Virus record (IMG/VR): IMGVR_UViG_3300032081_000734
Location: 1 to 61,575 of that record
DNA: 61,575 bases
Direction: 5' to 3' (one strand)
Source of the DNA: a virus
Taxonomy: Duplodnaviria > Caudoviricetes
The position numbers and the translations under genes were made by a program. Shown piece by piece: positions 38,901 to 50,900 of this stretch. The stretch's first letter is position 1; each line of letters opens with the position of its first letter. Below the pieces are notes generated by a model. That model made no database searches and was not told where the DNA came from. It saw only the letters and a program-made list of their open reading frames with translations.

Positions 38901-40390
38901 TCAGCAGCATATCCACTAGCACCACTACTATTTCCTTTGAAATAAGTACCTTTAGAATATTGATATACTTCATTTAGGGTCAATTCAGTGTAAGTCTGAA
39001 TATCAAATAGTCTTAATTCCCAATTAGTAGCATCACTTGAATATGAATTTCTAGGGGCAAATGAGTATATTCTGGCTTCACCAACTTTTTCACCAGTGCC
39101 AGCAGTAGTACTATTTCTTCTTTGATCATAAAGATCAATTACATGAGTGGAATCCTTATCAAGCCCAATTACTGGTGTACCATGTACATTTTCCACCATT
39201 AAAACTGAACCAAGATCAAATGCAACTAGAGAATTATCAACTCTCTTAGTTGTTCGTGGTTTTGGAATATCAACTACTCTTGACCCTGATATATCAATAT
39301 CATATCCATTCACATATGCCTTACCAGGACCCACTGTAAGGCACATTAAATCGTCTGTAGGTACATTTCCACTCCTAGTAGTCTGACTGCGCTCATAGAT
39401 ACCATCATTACCCTGCTCATCGTTTAGACACTCATCCATAGTGAGGTCCATAGGGACTACAGTGTAATCACCAGATTCCTCATATGTTCTCTGTGCAAAA
39501 TAATCTCTAATTTGATTATATTGAGTTTTTTGTTCTGCCTTATCAGTTTCACCGTCATTAAGTCTTAGAATTTCTACAAATTCTTTATCATCCTCATCAG
39601 TTACTAATTTTTTAGTAAGTTGTAATTGGAACTTGAATCTATCTGCTCCAGGAGCTGAGAAATTATTAAATCCAGCGGCATTATCAAATAATTTTGTATT
39701 CTCATTTGAGTTTACAGTTGTCTCAATAATGTCTAGACCAACTCTATATGTTGGATTGTTGGTATATTGATCTAGTATAATAGTTTGTGCTAATACATTT
39801 ACAAAGAATCCACGAACAAAGTAAATACCATCAGCTATGGAAATGGCTGATCCAATAGCAGTGGCATCCTTTGCAACAACCTGAGCAAATGCGGAACCCT
39901 GGAAAATAGTTGTATTTCCATAAGTTACATCATCTTCTGCAAGAAGGAGTTCACTTTCAGTAAATGTTGAAAATTCACCATCTTCACTAGAGTTTAAATA
40001 CTTGACATATATTGTAAGTTGATCATCATCTGAATCATCTGCAAGTAGTACATTTACAACAGATGCAGTTACTCTTGAAGTTTGTCCTAAAATTTCCGTA
40101 CCAATAAAATTTTGGGCATATGCTTCAACGGAAACACCAAGATACTCTGGATTAATCTTTACGGAATAATATTCACTATCATATGTAATTCCACCAGGAA
40201 TTACAACAGAACCATCCTTGAAGAAATGATCTCCAAATTTTTCAATTTGATTTTGAAGAATAGACTGAGCATTATTTAACTCTCGGGCTTGAACTGGAAA
40301 CCCTGGCTTAAACAGAACCTTATAGAAATTGTCGTTTTCGTTAAAATCGTCAAAATATGGGGTCGTGTTTAGATTTGTCTTTTGTGCCAT
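32960..40390 (-). CDS. Large virion structural protein (DUF4815 / VrlC-like)
   Basis: PYFDDF...VLFKPG.PVQAREL, RTYEESGDY, DPLAQSF, GSLYKSQN; follows gp8. Confidence 0.88.
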   Translation of the reverse strand: MAQKTNLNTTPYFDDFNENDNFYKVLFKPGFPVQARELNNAQSILQNQIEKFGDHFFKDGSVVIPGGITYDSEYYSVKINPEYLGVSVEAYAQNFIGTEILGQTSRVTASVVNVLLADDSDDDQLTIYVKYLNSSEDGEFSTFTESELLLAEDDVTYGNTTIFQGSAFAQVVAKDATAIGSAISIADGIYFVRGFFVNVLAQTIILDQYTNNPTYRVGLDIIETTVNSNENTKLFDNAAGFNNFSAPGADRFKFQLQLTKKLVTDEDDKEFVEILRLNDGETDKAEQKTQYNQIRDYFAQRTYEESGDYTVVPMDLTMDECLNDEQGNDGIYERSQTTRSGNVPTDDLMCLTVGPGKAYVNGYDIDISGSRVVDIPKPRTTKRVDNSLVAFDLGSVLMVENVHGTPVIGLDKDSTHVIDLYDQRRNSTTAGTGEKVGEARIYSFAPRNSYSSDATNWELRLFDIQTYTELTLNEVYQYSKGTYFKGNSSGASGYAAEAWTSGDKVKLHQTSGTFAEGETISIDGTNEFPRTIKDMIVYDINSVKSVYQDASTLGLTADFVADTLQRGRVAPRFTRRDTVQITSGGTVTSPGNKFTGIATNSIIRYQNPEYDNVVFNRVSAVAADGDSMTIVAVPTVAGVVTGTLPSGTIETGFRIGQTRFEQGDNGGSLFLPLDQANIASVDISGSNLTIYDQILAQSTNAQGEMSINISNVGVTSSFFDAFDGERYVITYSDGSTERLRSEQFTLNSDGTEISFSGLKRSESNVTVLVTAKKRGLQSKLKQWSRSTKLTVDKSKLRSSGISTGTVNGMNHNAFYGLRVEDEEISLNYPDVAEILAVYESKTSEAPVLDALTFETGLALDTNSILGEYILGPDNNAVAQIVTRSSPTKVEIVYLNDDRFSVGETLTFQESKIEGTIQAIIEGRYVDITEQYILDDGQRPDFSDYSRLVRVENKVPTKQLLVIFNHYVIPDSDDGDAFTVLSYGADRFKNDIPDIFDPNNFNQFSFARASDTLDFRPRVAPFGTEAGKSPFDYDSRDFSVTGSSSPLIPKDSESSFLSYDFYLGRMDRILLTPEGEIEVVEGVPSEDPQVPSVVEDSMTLATLESPPYVYNVESTRLTLIDNKRFTMRDIGALQDRIENLEDTVSLSILENDTRSLEITDADGLSRFKTGFFADDFTNNDLFDSELTTMVVDPGIEQLSCEASQITLTPQLQYRTQDDVNTLDLSSNDPLLDTNCQKTGNVVSLRYEEIEYLKQAYATRVENVNPFSIIDYVGTILLQPAQDTWTETKVSNKKRIQRQFKTLNTKSQNVVEKFRVGKPKNGPSSMKTTTKKSTKVDTSVSTSITDVSTKIDSKTTKAKYMRERNVSFFADGLKPFTRYYGFYDGSRKVRLLPKLVEIKNVQGSFQVGEIVEIWNRKAQRYVRDGRFSNIAVDDPKTKKFKRARRTAVCRLARPNHKSGRITSPSDVYTFNPYNRGQDISRLTSYNSSSTFLNLDILGMSRKAQGKFFGNFWSNYVIIGRKSGAVATVSRKRLMTDGIGSLYGNIAFAGPKDVNARFKTGTKVFKLTNDSKDTVALPGQIKHSDAEAPFTSSGTITRTTLTTTIKKLVTTTKNAVTTVTKTNVFRMQRLPPPQIIVRREIVERTRVIEPRIIRETRVLRERVVVRPVPRRDPLAQSFTTDKKGAFISSVDIYMATKDRRAPLTVELRTIQLGLPTLQLVSQEAQVVLQPSQINISDDASVATRVTFSAPIPVEPETEYCIVLLAPTSIKYNAWIAKLGEKTVNTAELSGPESQQYTRQYGSGSLYKSQNGSIWTPCQFEDMKFRVNKCRFLVDNGTVTFHNPDIDRDGDQLPDMPEDPIKSLPRQLDVGITTVLTQGMKDVLQIGRKVGTGSLVTGVIGNVGGTIQSLKANLPGIGYSDGTYSNVNFFSLSGDGSGATGIVTIANGVLSSASIANTGTGYIAGESLGITTADVTKGTGAQISISAIDGVDTLYLTNVRGEHLVVDDPLVYYDDSGNAQTLNTGVTTAVRTSIVSDELHSGNVIEVLHPNHALKDTRNVVDIYNVDPTRIPSELNVDINATVTSIGVADTSPYGTFQGITTSAGYILVDNEVMYYNSIGNGTLGIATRGAEGTTAVRHAAGDEVYPYEFNDISLTQINKVHNIPSAVVFQANKTIDTYYIEIDRGNRRDGPNMLNFASEFIAGGDEVFASGNIQYDRLNCRLDIVTPKKTKIETRVRTISGTSAGGNEASFVDQGFLSTEPNATLLFGQPQMVCSKVNEEANVTGLPRNKSFTVEVDLQSTDSNYSPFIYLNNCSIDFDRSRVDNPISDYTTDSRVNSIQDDPHAAIYVSDRIDLKNPATSLKLFTAAYVDPTADIRALFRTFPVDSGNTNPSFVLFPGFDNLTDTDGDNFGDQVIDPSKNSGKPDQQVISVTVDEMREYQFSIDELPPFTAYQIKIVFSGTNECLAPRMNDLRTIALA

Positions 40391-40393
40391 TTT

Positions 40394-41956
40394 TTAGAAT
40401 TCCAGAACTACCTTAATGTCTTCTTTTTGGCGAGAGTTTCTCGCAATTGTTGGTCTATTGTCTAGGTATATTATTTCACCTGTCCTCTTATTTATCTGTG
40501 GGTTTGCTATTCCATCTGTGAAGTTAACTCCCAAGTTGACAACATTGTTTCCAAGGATTGTCGTGATTCCAGCAAAGGTAGTGTCAACTGATGCTGAGAA
40601 TCCACCATCAGTTGTAATAGACTCTGCAGATGATTCAAAATTGACATATTTTGATTCGGAAGTAACACCAATATAATCGCGTTGTGTTCCAGTAGTTTTA
40701 TTAAAGTAAAGTGTTCTATCTTGAATATATTTAATTACGTTTGTTTCTTCGTCAAAAGATGCAACGTATGCAACAGCTGTTGTAGTACCTACAATTTGCT
40801 TAATTGTATTACCAACGACTAAACTGCCAGATGGATTTACAACTTTAATTTGACCTGTTGCACTAAAGTCATTAGAAGTGAAATTGGATGTGGATCCAAA
40901 AGATGTTGGATTTTTTACAATACCAACTTGTGCAAATTGAGTATCTGTTGGAAAGTTTTTAGTTGAATCATCAAAACGTCCATAAACTAAAACTTTTTCT
41001 GCACCAAGTTCTGTGTATATGTCAAATCCATGACCTTTAGATGGTGGAATAATTGGAATTAATTCAGCAAACTCAGTTAAACTACCACTTTGAATTGGTC
41101 CTAGATCAATAACACCGTAACTATATCCACTACCACCAGCAGATATTTGAGCATTGATTATTCTTCCACTAGTATCAGTAGAAACAACAACTTTTCCTCC
41201 AGTTCCATCGCCAAGAATATCTAATTCAACATCAAGACCTAGACCATAACCAAATCCAGCATTCTTAATTGAAACTGTTTTTAACTGATTATTATTTACG
41301 CTAGAATCACCATTATCACGAATAACTGAAACTTGTGGATCAATACTAGTTGACCAATTTGGTGGCAAAGTAATATATTCAGTTGAGTCAAATTTAATAA
41401 TATCTGATGGAGAAACTGTAAACAGATATTTCCAAAAATAACCATCACCACTACTACCAGCCTTAGTTGGTTCTAGATCTGTGAAATTTGGTTCATCTTG
41501 AGATGAATTTCCAGAAGGGTTTGAAGGTGTTGCTCCATTTTCAATACAAATATAAACTCTGAAATCAGAATTCATCACATAATATCTTGCATCATAAAGT
41601 CTGGTTGATCCAGTAACTGGTGATAGATTATTTAAACTATAGTCATGACGATATTGCTCGTAAACATTACCTTGTTCCCAATCAACTCTTTTAATAACTC
41701 TACGAATATTAGCAGGGGTAATTTTTCTACCAAACAGCATCGTATCATAAGCATGATTGCTGTAATTGAAATTATCAACTGGGCTAGGAGGACCAGAAGT
41801 GTTGGTATTCCAATCAGATGTTCTACCATACCCAATAGCTAAAGTTGGGTTTGGTAGAGACGTAAAGATGAAATATGAATTATTAGAATTCTCAACGGAA
41901 TCAATAAAATTATTGACATTTAAGATTCTAAACTGATCCGTTACAATAGCCGCCAT
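40394..41956 (-). CDS. gp8: Baseplate wedge subunit
   Basis: AIVTDQFR, VYICIEN, DGYFWKYLF, GEIIYLDNR...EDIKVVLEF. Confidence 0.92.
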   Translation of the reverse strand: MAAIVTDQFRILNVNNFIDSVENSNNSYFIFTSLPNPTLAIGYGRTSDWNTNTSGPPSPVDNFNYSNHAYDTMLFGRKITPANIRRVIKRVDWEQGNVYEQYRHDYSLNNLSPVTGSTRLYDARYYVMNSDFRVYICIENGATPSNPSGNSSQDEPNFTDLEPTKAGSSGDGYFWKYLFTVSPSDIIKFDSTEYITLPPNWSTSIDPQVSVIRDNGDSSVNNNQLKTVSIKNAGFGYGLGLDVELDILGDGTGGKVVVSTDTSGRIINAQISAGGSGYSYGVIDLGPIQSGSLTEFAELIPIIPPSKGHGFDIYTELGAEKVLVYGRFDDSTKNFPTDTQFAQVGIVKNPTSFGSTSNFTSNDFSATGQIKVVNPSGSLVVGNTIKQIVGTTTAVAYVASFDEETNVIKYIQDRTLYFNKTTGTQRDYIGVTSESKYVNFESSAESITTDGGFSASVDTTFAGITTILGNNVVNLGVNFTDGIANPQINKRTGEIIYLDNRPTIARNSRQKEDIKVVLEF

Positions 41957-41982
41957 TACTACCTGTTAAAAGGAATTTTTTT

Positions 41983-41990
41983 TATTTATA
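41983..41990 (-). promoter_or_regulatory. T4-type late promoter TATAAATA
   Basis: Exact match upstream of gp8. Confidence 0.8.
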
Positions 41991-41997
41991 CGTTGAG

Positions 41998-44900
41998 TTA
42001 TAGGAAGATAATTTTACTTAGACTACCAGTGTTTCTAAGTCCCAATCCACGTCTTGATATTGAAGAGAAAGTTGTTAACCCAACATCAACAGTATTTCCG
42101 CTTACGGAAATTGAAATTGGAGTATCTCCTCTAGTAAATCCAGAGAGTTTACCCCAAGAGAATTCACCAATATTTGCACCAAAGGTTTGAGCAATTGCTA
42201 TAACGTTTGTGTCAGATTTAATATTACAAGTAATAATACCTGTATTACCTTCAATGTTAAATGCGTTTACTGTATAGATGTTATCTAACAGATTTGTTCC
42301 GATTCCAACTATATCAGAATCATCCACATTAACTGATGTAACTCCAGATCCAGTAACAGTACCCTTAACAAAAATTGGATAACCTTCTAGTAAAGTTGGC
42401 AGTAAAGATACAGGGCCAGAATCATTCAAATCAACTTGAAGTTTAAGTGCAAGAGGATGACCACCAGTTCCAGTTGTTGTACCGATTCCAGTAATAATGC
42501 CTGCGTAACCAAGAATGATATCTGAATTGCTAATAGATTCAGTTTCAGAAGCAGGGAATTCTACAATTGCTTTTGGTGGATTAGTAGGATCATAACCTAA
42601 TCCCTCATTAGTGAGTGTTACTGAAGTTAATATGCCACCTGATGCACTGCCAGTTGCAATTGCAGTAGTTCCAACTCCAATAATTCCATATTTTGAATTG
42701 TCAACTTTTGAAGGATTTGCAATAGAAACTTCGACAGGTCCATCAGCATATCCAGAACCAGCACTTGCAATAGTTAATGATGTAATTGTTCCACCAACTG
42801 ATACTGATGCTGTAACTGCGGCCGCAACGGGATCGTTATATTTAACAATAAGACCATCTGCAACAACTAGACCAGTGTTTCCTTCATCTTGCTCATATCT
42901 AAAGAGATCTGCACTCTCAAGGAATATTTCAGAGTCAGTTACACTAAAGTCTCTAATGACTTTACTGGTTGGCATGATTTGTGCTTCAAGTGTTTCTCTG
43001 ATTTTTGGTTGATTTTGTTCAGAGATGATGATATCTTTCTTCTGTCTGGTAAAGGAGATTGGTCTGAAGATGTTTGCATCGATACCTTGTCCTCTATAGA
43101 CATTTGTTTCAATGTCAGTAGAGTCCTTAATAGAGAAGATTGTTCTTTCATTCTGAGTAGTGGTTTCTGTTCCATCAAATTTCCTGAGTTGAACTTGATC
43201 TCCAGGTTTTACAGTCTCAAATACTGTAACAATGAAACTATCAACGCCTCTAGTTCCTCTATAGAAATAGATGGAAATTACATCAGATGGGCCTGGTGGT
43301 GAGGTGAAGTTGAAGTTGAAACTTGTACCACCTTCAAAGAAGTAATCCTTTTTGGGCACCTGAACAACACCGTTAACAAAGATCAAGAGAACAGAATCCA
43401 AGTCAATCTCAGCTGATCTTTGGTTTGTAGGATCTGTTTGGAAACTTAGAGGGATGCCATTCAAGTTAAGTGGGAATCTAGTTCTAGTTCCATCTTGAAG
43501 ACTTCTGATTGAGTCAATATAATCAATTTCTCCAAAGTTCCATGCAGAGAAAGTGTCACTAAGAATTTCAAGAACTTCAAAAGTCAATTGTGAATATTCA
43601 GTTCCTACTCCTGCTGCAGTAACAAGTCCAACTGGAGTAAAGACATCACCTCGTTTGAAGGAGAATCCAGGACTGGATAATTCATAGTTAACAATTCCAA
43701 AGAGATCTGTTCCAATTCCAGTAGTAGCAGCAGATCCAACTATACAGTCAACTTTTACACCCAATCCAGTTTCTACTGTAGCTCCAATGCCAGGTCTACT
43801 AACACCTTGAATTGGAAGATCGGAGTATGATGGTGTTTCGATTTGAATTGTTGGATTCGTGTATCCAGATCCCTCACCTTCAATATTGAAAGATAAGACA
43901 CCACCATCGTTTACAGTTGCTACTACTGTTGCAGCAGCGCCAGAATGACCTTCCTCTTCAACTACAACATCTACAGTATTGAAGTAACCAGAACCGAATG
44001 TCAAGTAATTGTATACTGCAACCTCAGCGTCTATACCACCTTTTCTTCTATTTGGAACAAATGTATGTGCAAATCCAACTTTAAAGACATCGACTATAAA
44101 TTGGGTGGGTGATATGATAGTTTCAATTTCATATGGCCCAACTGATTTGACACCAAATACAACACCATGATCATCGTAGATATGATCAATTGTAGAAACT
44201 CCTACATTAGTGATAATTTTATTAGAAGCAGGAAGACCAAAGATTTGGAATTCAGATCCTTGAGTTCCATCTGGGAAAATTGAAGTTGTGATGCCAATTC
44301 TAACCTTACCAGTTCCAGAAACATAATCGTGAGCAATTGTAGAAATACCTACGTTTGTAACGATTGATGTTCCAGAACTTCCAGCATTAACGTTAAAGTA
44401 GAAACCTTGAGTTCCATCTGGGAAGATAGTTGTTGTCACGCCTGCATGAGGAGCTGCACATGAGAATTCAATATCGCGAAGCATTACCAGATCACCATCA
44501 CTTAAACCATGATTATCTGCTGTTAGGATTGTACTAACGCCAGTTGATGCGGTGTAATCAAAGTCGTAGATAGCAATCTCATTACCATATGCAAGACAAG
44601 TCATTGCAATTCCAGAGAGATTAATTATATCCCCAATGGCAAGACCGCTGTGATTTTTCTTAGTAGTAATAGTTGAGAAACCAGTTGTCTTGTCATATTC
44701 AAAGTTTTCGATTGCAAAAGGAATTCCTCTATTATCTGGGAATCTAGTAGTGGTAAATCCAGTATCAACATTACCACCACCAACGTAAGTATGTGCAAAA
44801 CCGACAGGATTTACATTAGTGACGAATGTTGTTGGGCCAACAATTGAATTGACCAAATAACTATCAGCGTATGTTACGCGATTTAAATGTCCACTATGAT

Positions 44901-47900
44901 CAACATATGTGTGAGCAATTGTTGATGGACCTACATTAACTGTCAGTGTTGTTGCTGAAGTTGCAGTAACTTCAAATTCATCAATTACAGTATCTGGGAA
45001 GATAGTTGTAGTGACTCCAGAGTGCTCAGAATCACATGAGAATTCGAGATTTGCCAATCTGACAAAAGATCCAATTCCAATTCCATGAGTTCCCTTTGTA
45101 GTGATAGTACCAACACCGATAGACTCGGTGTAATCAAAACCACTAATACCCCACTGAGTACCAATATCACTTGGGAATCTGTCAGTAGTAACACCAATTT
45201 CTACTGCAGCCTCACTTGTACCAGTTGGAATATGAGGGATAGTGGAAACGCCAACTTGTGTTTCAAATTGAGTTGTGCTATTTCTCTTAGTTACAACATT
45301 AAAGACTCTACCATTTGTTCCATCTGGGAAGAATGTTGTAGTGACACCAGCATGTTCAGATGCACAAGCAAACTCAAATCTTTCAAGTTTGACTTGCATA
45401 CCAGGATTCAATCCATGAACAAGGTTAGTGGTAATCGTCATGATACCAACAACATTGTTATATTCAAATGTGGTAACACCAACTCTCTTATTGTAAGATC
45501 CCGCAGGGCAGATCATCTGCAAACCATCAAACTGAACTCTCATATCCTTATTCAGGTTATGATTGCCAGATGTTGTTACAGTCATGATTCCAGATACATT
45601 ATCATAATCAACAGTAGAAACGCCAACTAGACTGTCATAGCCACTAGTGCAATCAAACTGAATGTTTCTCATGTCTAAGAAATCATTATTAGTAAATCCA
45701 TGAGGCCCAGCAGTAGTCACTGTTCCAATACCACTTGTTCCATCATAGATAAAATCAGTGATGGTTGTATAAGTTCCTACAGTATCAAGACCAACAATAT
45801 TAGTAATAGTGCCACCAGCACCGACCTCAGCAATGACCTTAGCTCCAACTAGAGGTGCTACTCCGATTCCACCAGAAGATGCAACAGAAACAATTACACC
45901 ACCAACTGGCAGTTTGTTTTTAATAGCATCAAGTTCGCTAATATAATCATCACCAGTTATCAGTTTAGTTCCACTGAATACTACTTCTACATCATCTACG
46001 TTAGATACGATTGAATATACATTCAGAGGGTTGTTATCAGTTGACTGACCCTGGTGAACACCATTAAGGAAGAGTAGTCCACTTCCACTAGAAGTATCGA
46101 GACCAACAGGATAATCTCCACCATTAACACCTAGTGCAAACGTTCTACCAATACCAGTGAATTCAGTTGAAATATCATCATAAAGTTCATTCGTGGTGTA
46201 ATCACTTCTTAGATAAACACGCCCATTAAATTCAGATCTAGTAAATGATAGTCCTCTATCATCGGTAACAAAATCGCCACCAGAACCTTTAGGTGTATCA
46301 ACAAAGTGAATATCACTTTCTACAATGTTATATGCTCCTCTGTGAACAATTGCTGTTTGATTGCTTTCGTGAGCAACTTCTGTTGTTCCAACAAATCCTC
46401 TAGCAACATTTACAAGTTGGAAAGTGCCAATACCAGTAATTGGGCCAAGTCCTGTTGTACCAACTCCAACATTCAAAATGTTCATCATCTCATCACCAAT
46501 TTTTAAAATGTAATCGGGAACAAGAGTTGAGATGCCAGATAGTGCAAGGAATGTTCTACCAACAGCAACTGGTTCAATAGTCTCATGTGTGACTAGTGTT
46601 CTAGAAATAGGATCTTGAACAACACCATCGAGAACAATCAATGATTTTTCAAGTTTTTTGGTAGTGTCAATTAGATGACTGTTACCTTCACCAATACCTG
46701 TTGGTGAAATTCCAAGACCTTTTAGAGCAAAGTCTCTCTTGGTAGCAAGTTTAATGTTATTATTATCAATTCTAATTACAAATAGATTCTCTGGTAGAAT
46801 ATTTGTGGTAACTCCAGAAAAGTAAGACTGTCTGCTTGTAGTTGCCGTAGCCACAACAGACATTGTAATACCAATTCCAAGTCTTTCTGAATAATATGTG
46901 CTTCCAATACCAACTGGAACATTATTTGCAACAGTGAGAGATCCTTCACCAATAGCAGTAACAGTTCCAAATCCAGTTTCTGTGACAAGTTCACGAATTG
47001 TATCACCAATCGCAATAACTGAAGTGTTTGCAACTCCAGTGATAACTTTAGTTCCATCAGAATCTCCAAGGAAGAATCTGAATGTGCTTCCAATACTTAC
47101 AATAGTTGCACCAGATCCAACACCAGGTCCAAAGAACTCTTCACCAATAGATATACCTGAACTATTGCTTGCTGAAGAAACAACGTTTGATCCACTTCTA
47201 ATATCACCGATTAAACTTTCACCACCAGCGGTTGTAGATCCAATAGTAATTGATTCTGAATTAATTCCAATGATAGATGATCCAGGTGCATACTTGATAT
47301 CCTGGCCATTATTCATGAAATGACTTTCTAGGAAAATGTTTCCTGTTGTCTGATCAAATACTGAACTATTTGAAGGATTAAATCTTCTTGCAAAAATCGG
47401 ATAACCTTCATATTCTAAAGTGAAACTAGTTCTGTCTTGTGGAGTGTATTTTGCCTGTATAACAAGCTCAATAGCAGTTCCAAATCCAAATTCCTCAATT
47501 TGGTTAATGTTTGTATCTAGATCGCTATAAACAATCTCACTAAATTCTTCAATTCTGATTTCATCACCAATATATTTTGCATCAGGTAGGAAAATCAACT
47601 CACAGAAAACTCCATTATATTGAGCACTAAATGATCCAAGACCAATTGGTGTGTTTATACCTAATTGTGGATACTCAAGAACATAGGTATCTTTTTGAGC
47701 AAACTCCTGAGCAAATAGAACTTGACTTAATGATTCAGTATTTCCACTAGAAACTCTAATGATTGATTTTGAGAAACGATCAATAATTGATGTGATTCCA
47801 ACAACTGTGATACCATAACCAGCATTAGCAGTTTCTTGAATTACATTAGATTCTATTCTTGCTGTTCTTTCTGTACCATTTTGCTGTGCGGGAAGTTTAA

Positions 47901-50900
47901 AGTGTTCTGTTCTCAATCCAACATTGGTGGTTGTGAATCCAACAACATTTGCTTTAATTGTGGCGGTATTTGAACCATCATTATGGAATTCTAATTTTAG
48001 AACATCATTTACTATATCGGCACCAAATGTACCGATAGGTGAGAAACTTAGCAATCTTTCACTACTATCAAATCCATATTGACCAAGATATGCGTTGACC
48101 CCATCATGAAGAACAGTTATTTCTGCATATTGCCTTTCAGAAGTTGTATTATCTATAACTTCAACATATGCAAACATTGAATTAAAATCACTAGTATCAA
48201 ATCCAACAATTTGATCTGTAGATCCAGCTCCAATTACAGTGGTTACGCCGATGAGTCTTGTATCACCAATAATATTGGTTCCAATACCAGTAGTTCTTGA
48301 ATCAAATAGTTGGCGGAATGCTTTTATATCATAAGTTTTTTCTGAATTTGATGGGGAATATCTTAAAGCGATAGTTCCATCTAACTGAGAAAATTCTGTA
48401 GTAAATTCTCCTAGACTTTCTTGCTCTTCTACAAGATCTACTTGTAGTTGAGGATTAGATTTGATATTTGATTTTTCTAGAAGGAAGGTATTATTATTAC
48501 CATCAGTAATAACAACCAAATCATAAATTTGGAATGATGTCAGATCAACAACGTCAGTTACTACAACTGTAAATCTAGAATATCCTGTTCCAGAAGGGAA
48601 CTTAATAATATCTACGAAATCACCGACTAAGTTTTCTCTATCAATAAATGATTCACTTATATCATCAATACTCAGAACTCTATTAGTCAAACATTCAATA
48701 AAGTTGGTAAGTTTTTTAGTTCCAAACTTGATTGAATTTGTAGCAAGTTGACTAATATTAGTTACATTCTGTTCAACATCAGTATCAACTGCAAAATCAA
48801 AGAAATTGTTAGTTGTTACATCTGATTCAGAGAATAGGTCAATAACTATAGATTGTGTGCCATCACTAATAAAATTAGTAGAAGCAACAGCTACTGAATT
48901 GATTTCAGTGTCAGCGAAATTCTTTGTACCTGAAATATGTGCCAAACGATTGACTGGACCAATTAGATCATTAAATTTAACAGGACTCTTAATACTATAT
49001 GCTAGTTTTTGGTAATAGTCATTATCTGACATGACTTGAGTATCATCATTCAAGAATCCTTTATTTGTCAACCAACCAAAGTTAATTGTAGATCCACATC
49101 CAACATCATAGAAACCATCAAAAGTCTTAGTGTCTACAACTGTTCCTCTAGCTCCAGAGATTGAACCAAGAAGTTTATTTCCAACAACCAGTTTTAAATC
49201 ACCTCTGGTTTTAAGGAATGCTTCATTAGAAGAATCCACTTTCAAAACAGTTTTGGTTGTTTCACCCAAGTCGTTTTCTAATAGTAAAGGTTCATTATCA
49301 ATAAAATCTTTACTAGCGATGTCTACAGAGAATGTTGGGTAAGATTCTTTCTTAACAATAGATCCAAAGTTAACATTAGTAACACCAATTCCAGGAGATC
49401 CTGTTCCTATCCCAGTTAGATCAATTGTAACTTCAGCAGGGTTAACACCAGAATTGAAATTTGTAACTTCAAAGAATCTAAATCCATAATTTTTAGAATT
49501 AAATCCATCGCCTTCTCCAGTATATTCCTGAATACCATCAACAAATACTTCATCACCTGCTTGTAGTGGGCTTGTTGAGAATCCTAATATTGGAGTCACA
49601 ACAGTTAGAGTCATAATTCCAGTTTGAACACTATCAATCTTTGTAATACTTAAACCATTATCATTAATCAAACTAAAGACACTATGACCAACACCCTGAA
49701 GACCACTTCCAGGATTTATGATTTCAACACTACTAATACTTCCAGAGTCTAATTCGGCAATGATACTTACATCATCAACTTGCTCAAGACTTACTGAGTT
49801 TACAAGGACTAAGTTTGGAGCAGTAATAAAGTTTTTCCCACCATATACTGGTATGATACTATTAGTAGTGAAGTAATTTGTAAGTTCATGTCTTGCTGGA
49901 ATGTCAGCTACTGGTTTTAGAGTTTTATCAACAGCAAAGTCAAATCCAGGTTTCTCAACTTCAGTTCTATCCAACAAACCAATATTGGTTGATTTTGGAG
50001 CAATTTCAGCATTAACTCCTAAGGTTGTTGTAATCGTTGATATTCCAGGAAGTTTATCATAATTAGTTCCTTTGTTCAAAATATTGAGTTTGGAAATTCC
50101 ACCGAAGGCAGTAGTTGATTTTGTAGAATATTCTAACTTATCAACTTCAGAAGAACTATAAGAACCTCTTTCAGGTTTTTCCGAAAGACTAACTAAGAAT
50201 GTTGTACCTGTAGTTCCTAATCCAACTACAGTTGTTTTTGTAGAATACTCACTATCAACATATAGAATTCTTGAGAAATTATCTACTGAAATATCAGATT
50301 CTACAAGAGTATTATTTGAAATTTTTTCCAAGTTATAATATAGTTGCTCTGGTAAATACTCGTTAAACTTAATAGTAAAACTAGCCGTTCCCAGTCCAAC
50401 AGTTCCAATTCCAGTCAATTCAAATGCTTCAGAACTTCCAGTTCCAACAAGTTCATTTCTATAATCAGAATCATAGAAAATTCTAAAATTATAACCAGAC
50501 AAGGAACTATCTGACACATCAAATTTGATATTATTATTTCTAGTTACTTTTATTTCTGGGTTTACTTTAGATATTGTATGTGAAGTTCCACCAACTTTGG
50601 TAAATTCAACTAATCTAATAGTTTCTCCCTCAAGGTCAGTTTTAGTTTCTGCAATTGAGAATGCATCTGGATCATCAGAAAATACGAAATACTTTCCAGT
50701 ATCAATACCAGTTGTTTCATTCGCATCATAGAATACCAAATCACCAGTAACTAAACCATGACTCTCAATATTAAATCTTGAACTTGATAAACCAACTGAA
50801 GCTGAACTGAAACCAATGGGATCAATAATAGTATTTTGAGTGAACTCATTAAATAAGACTCTTACTGCTGTTGATGTTCCAATACCAACTGTTAGATTTG

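Noticed and set aside
44250-45350. Similar DNA segments as a possible diversity-generating retroelement TR/VR pair
   Set aside because: No reverse transcriptase in the window, the matches are short, and all copies lie in coding repeats.
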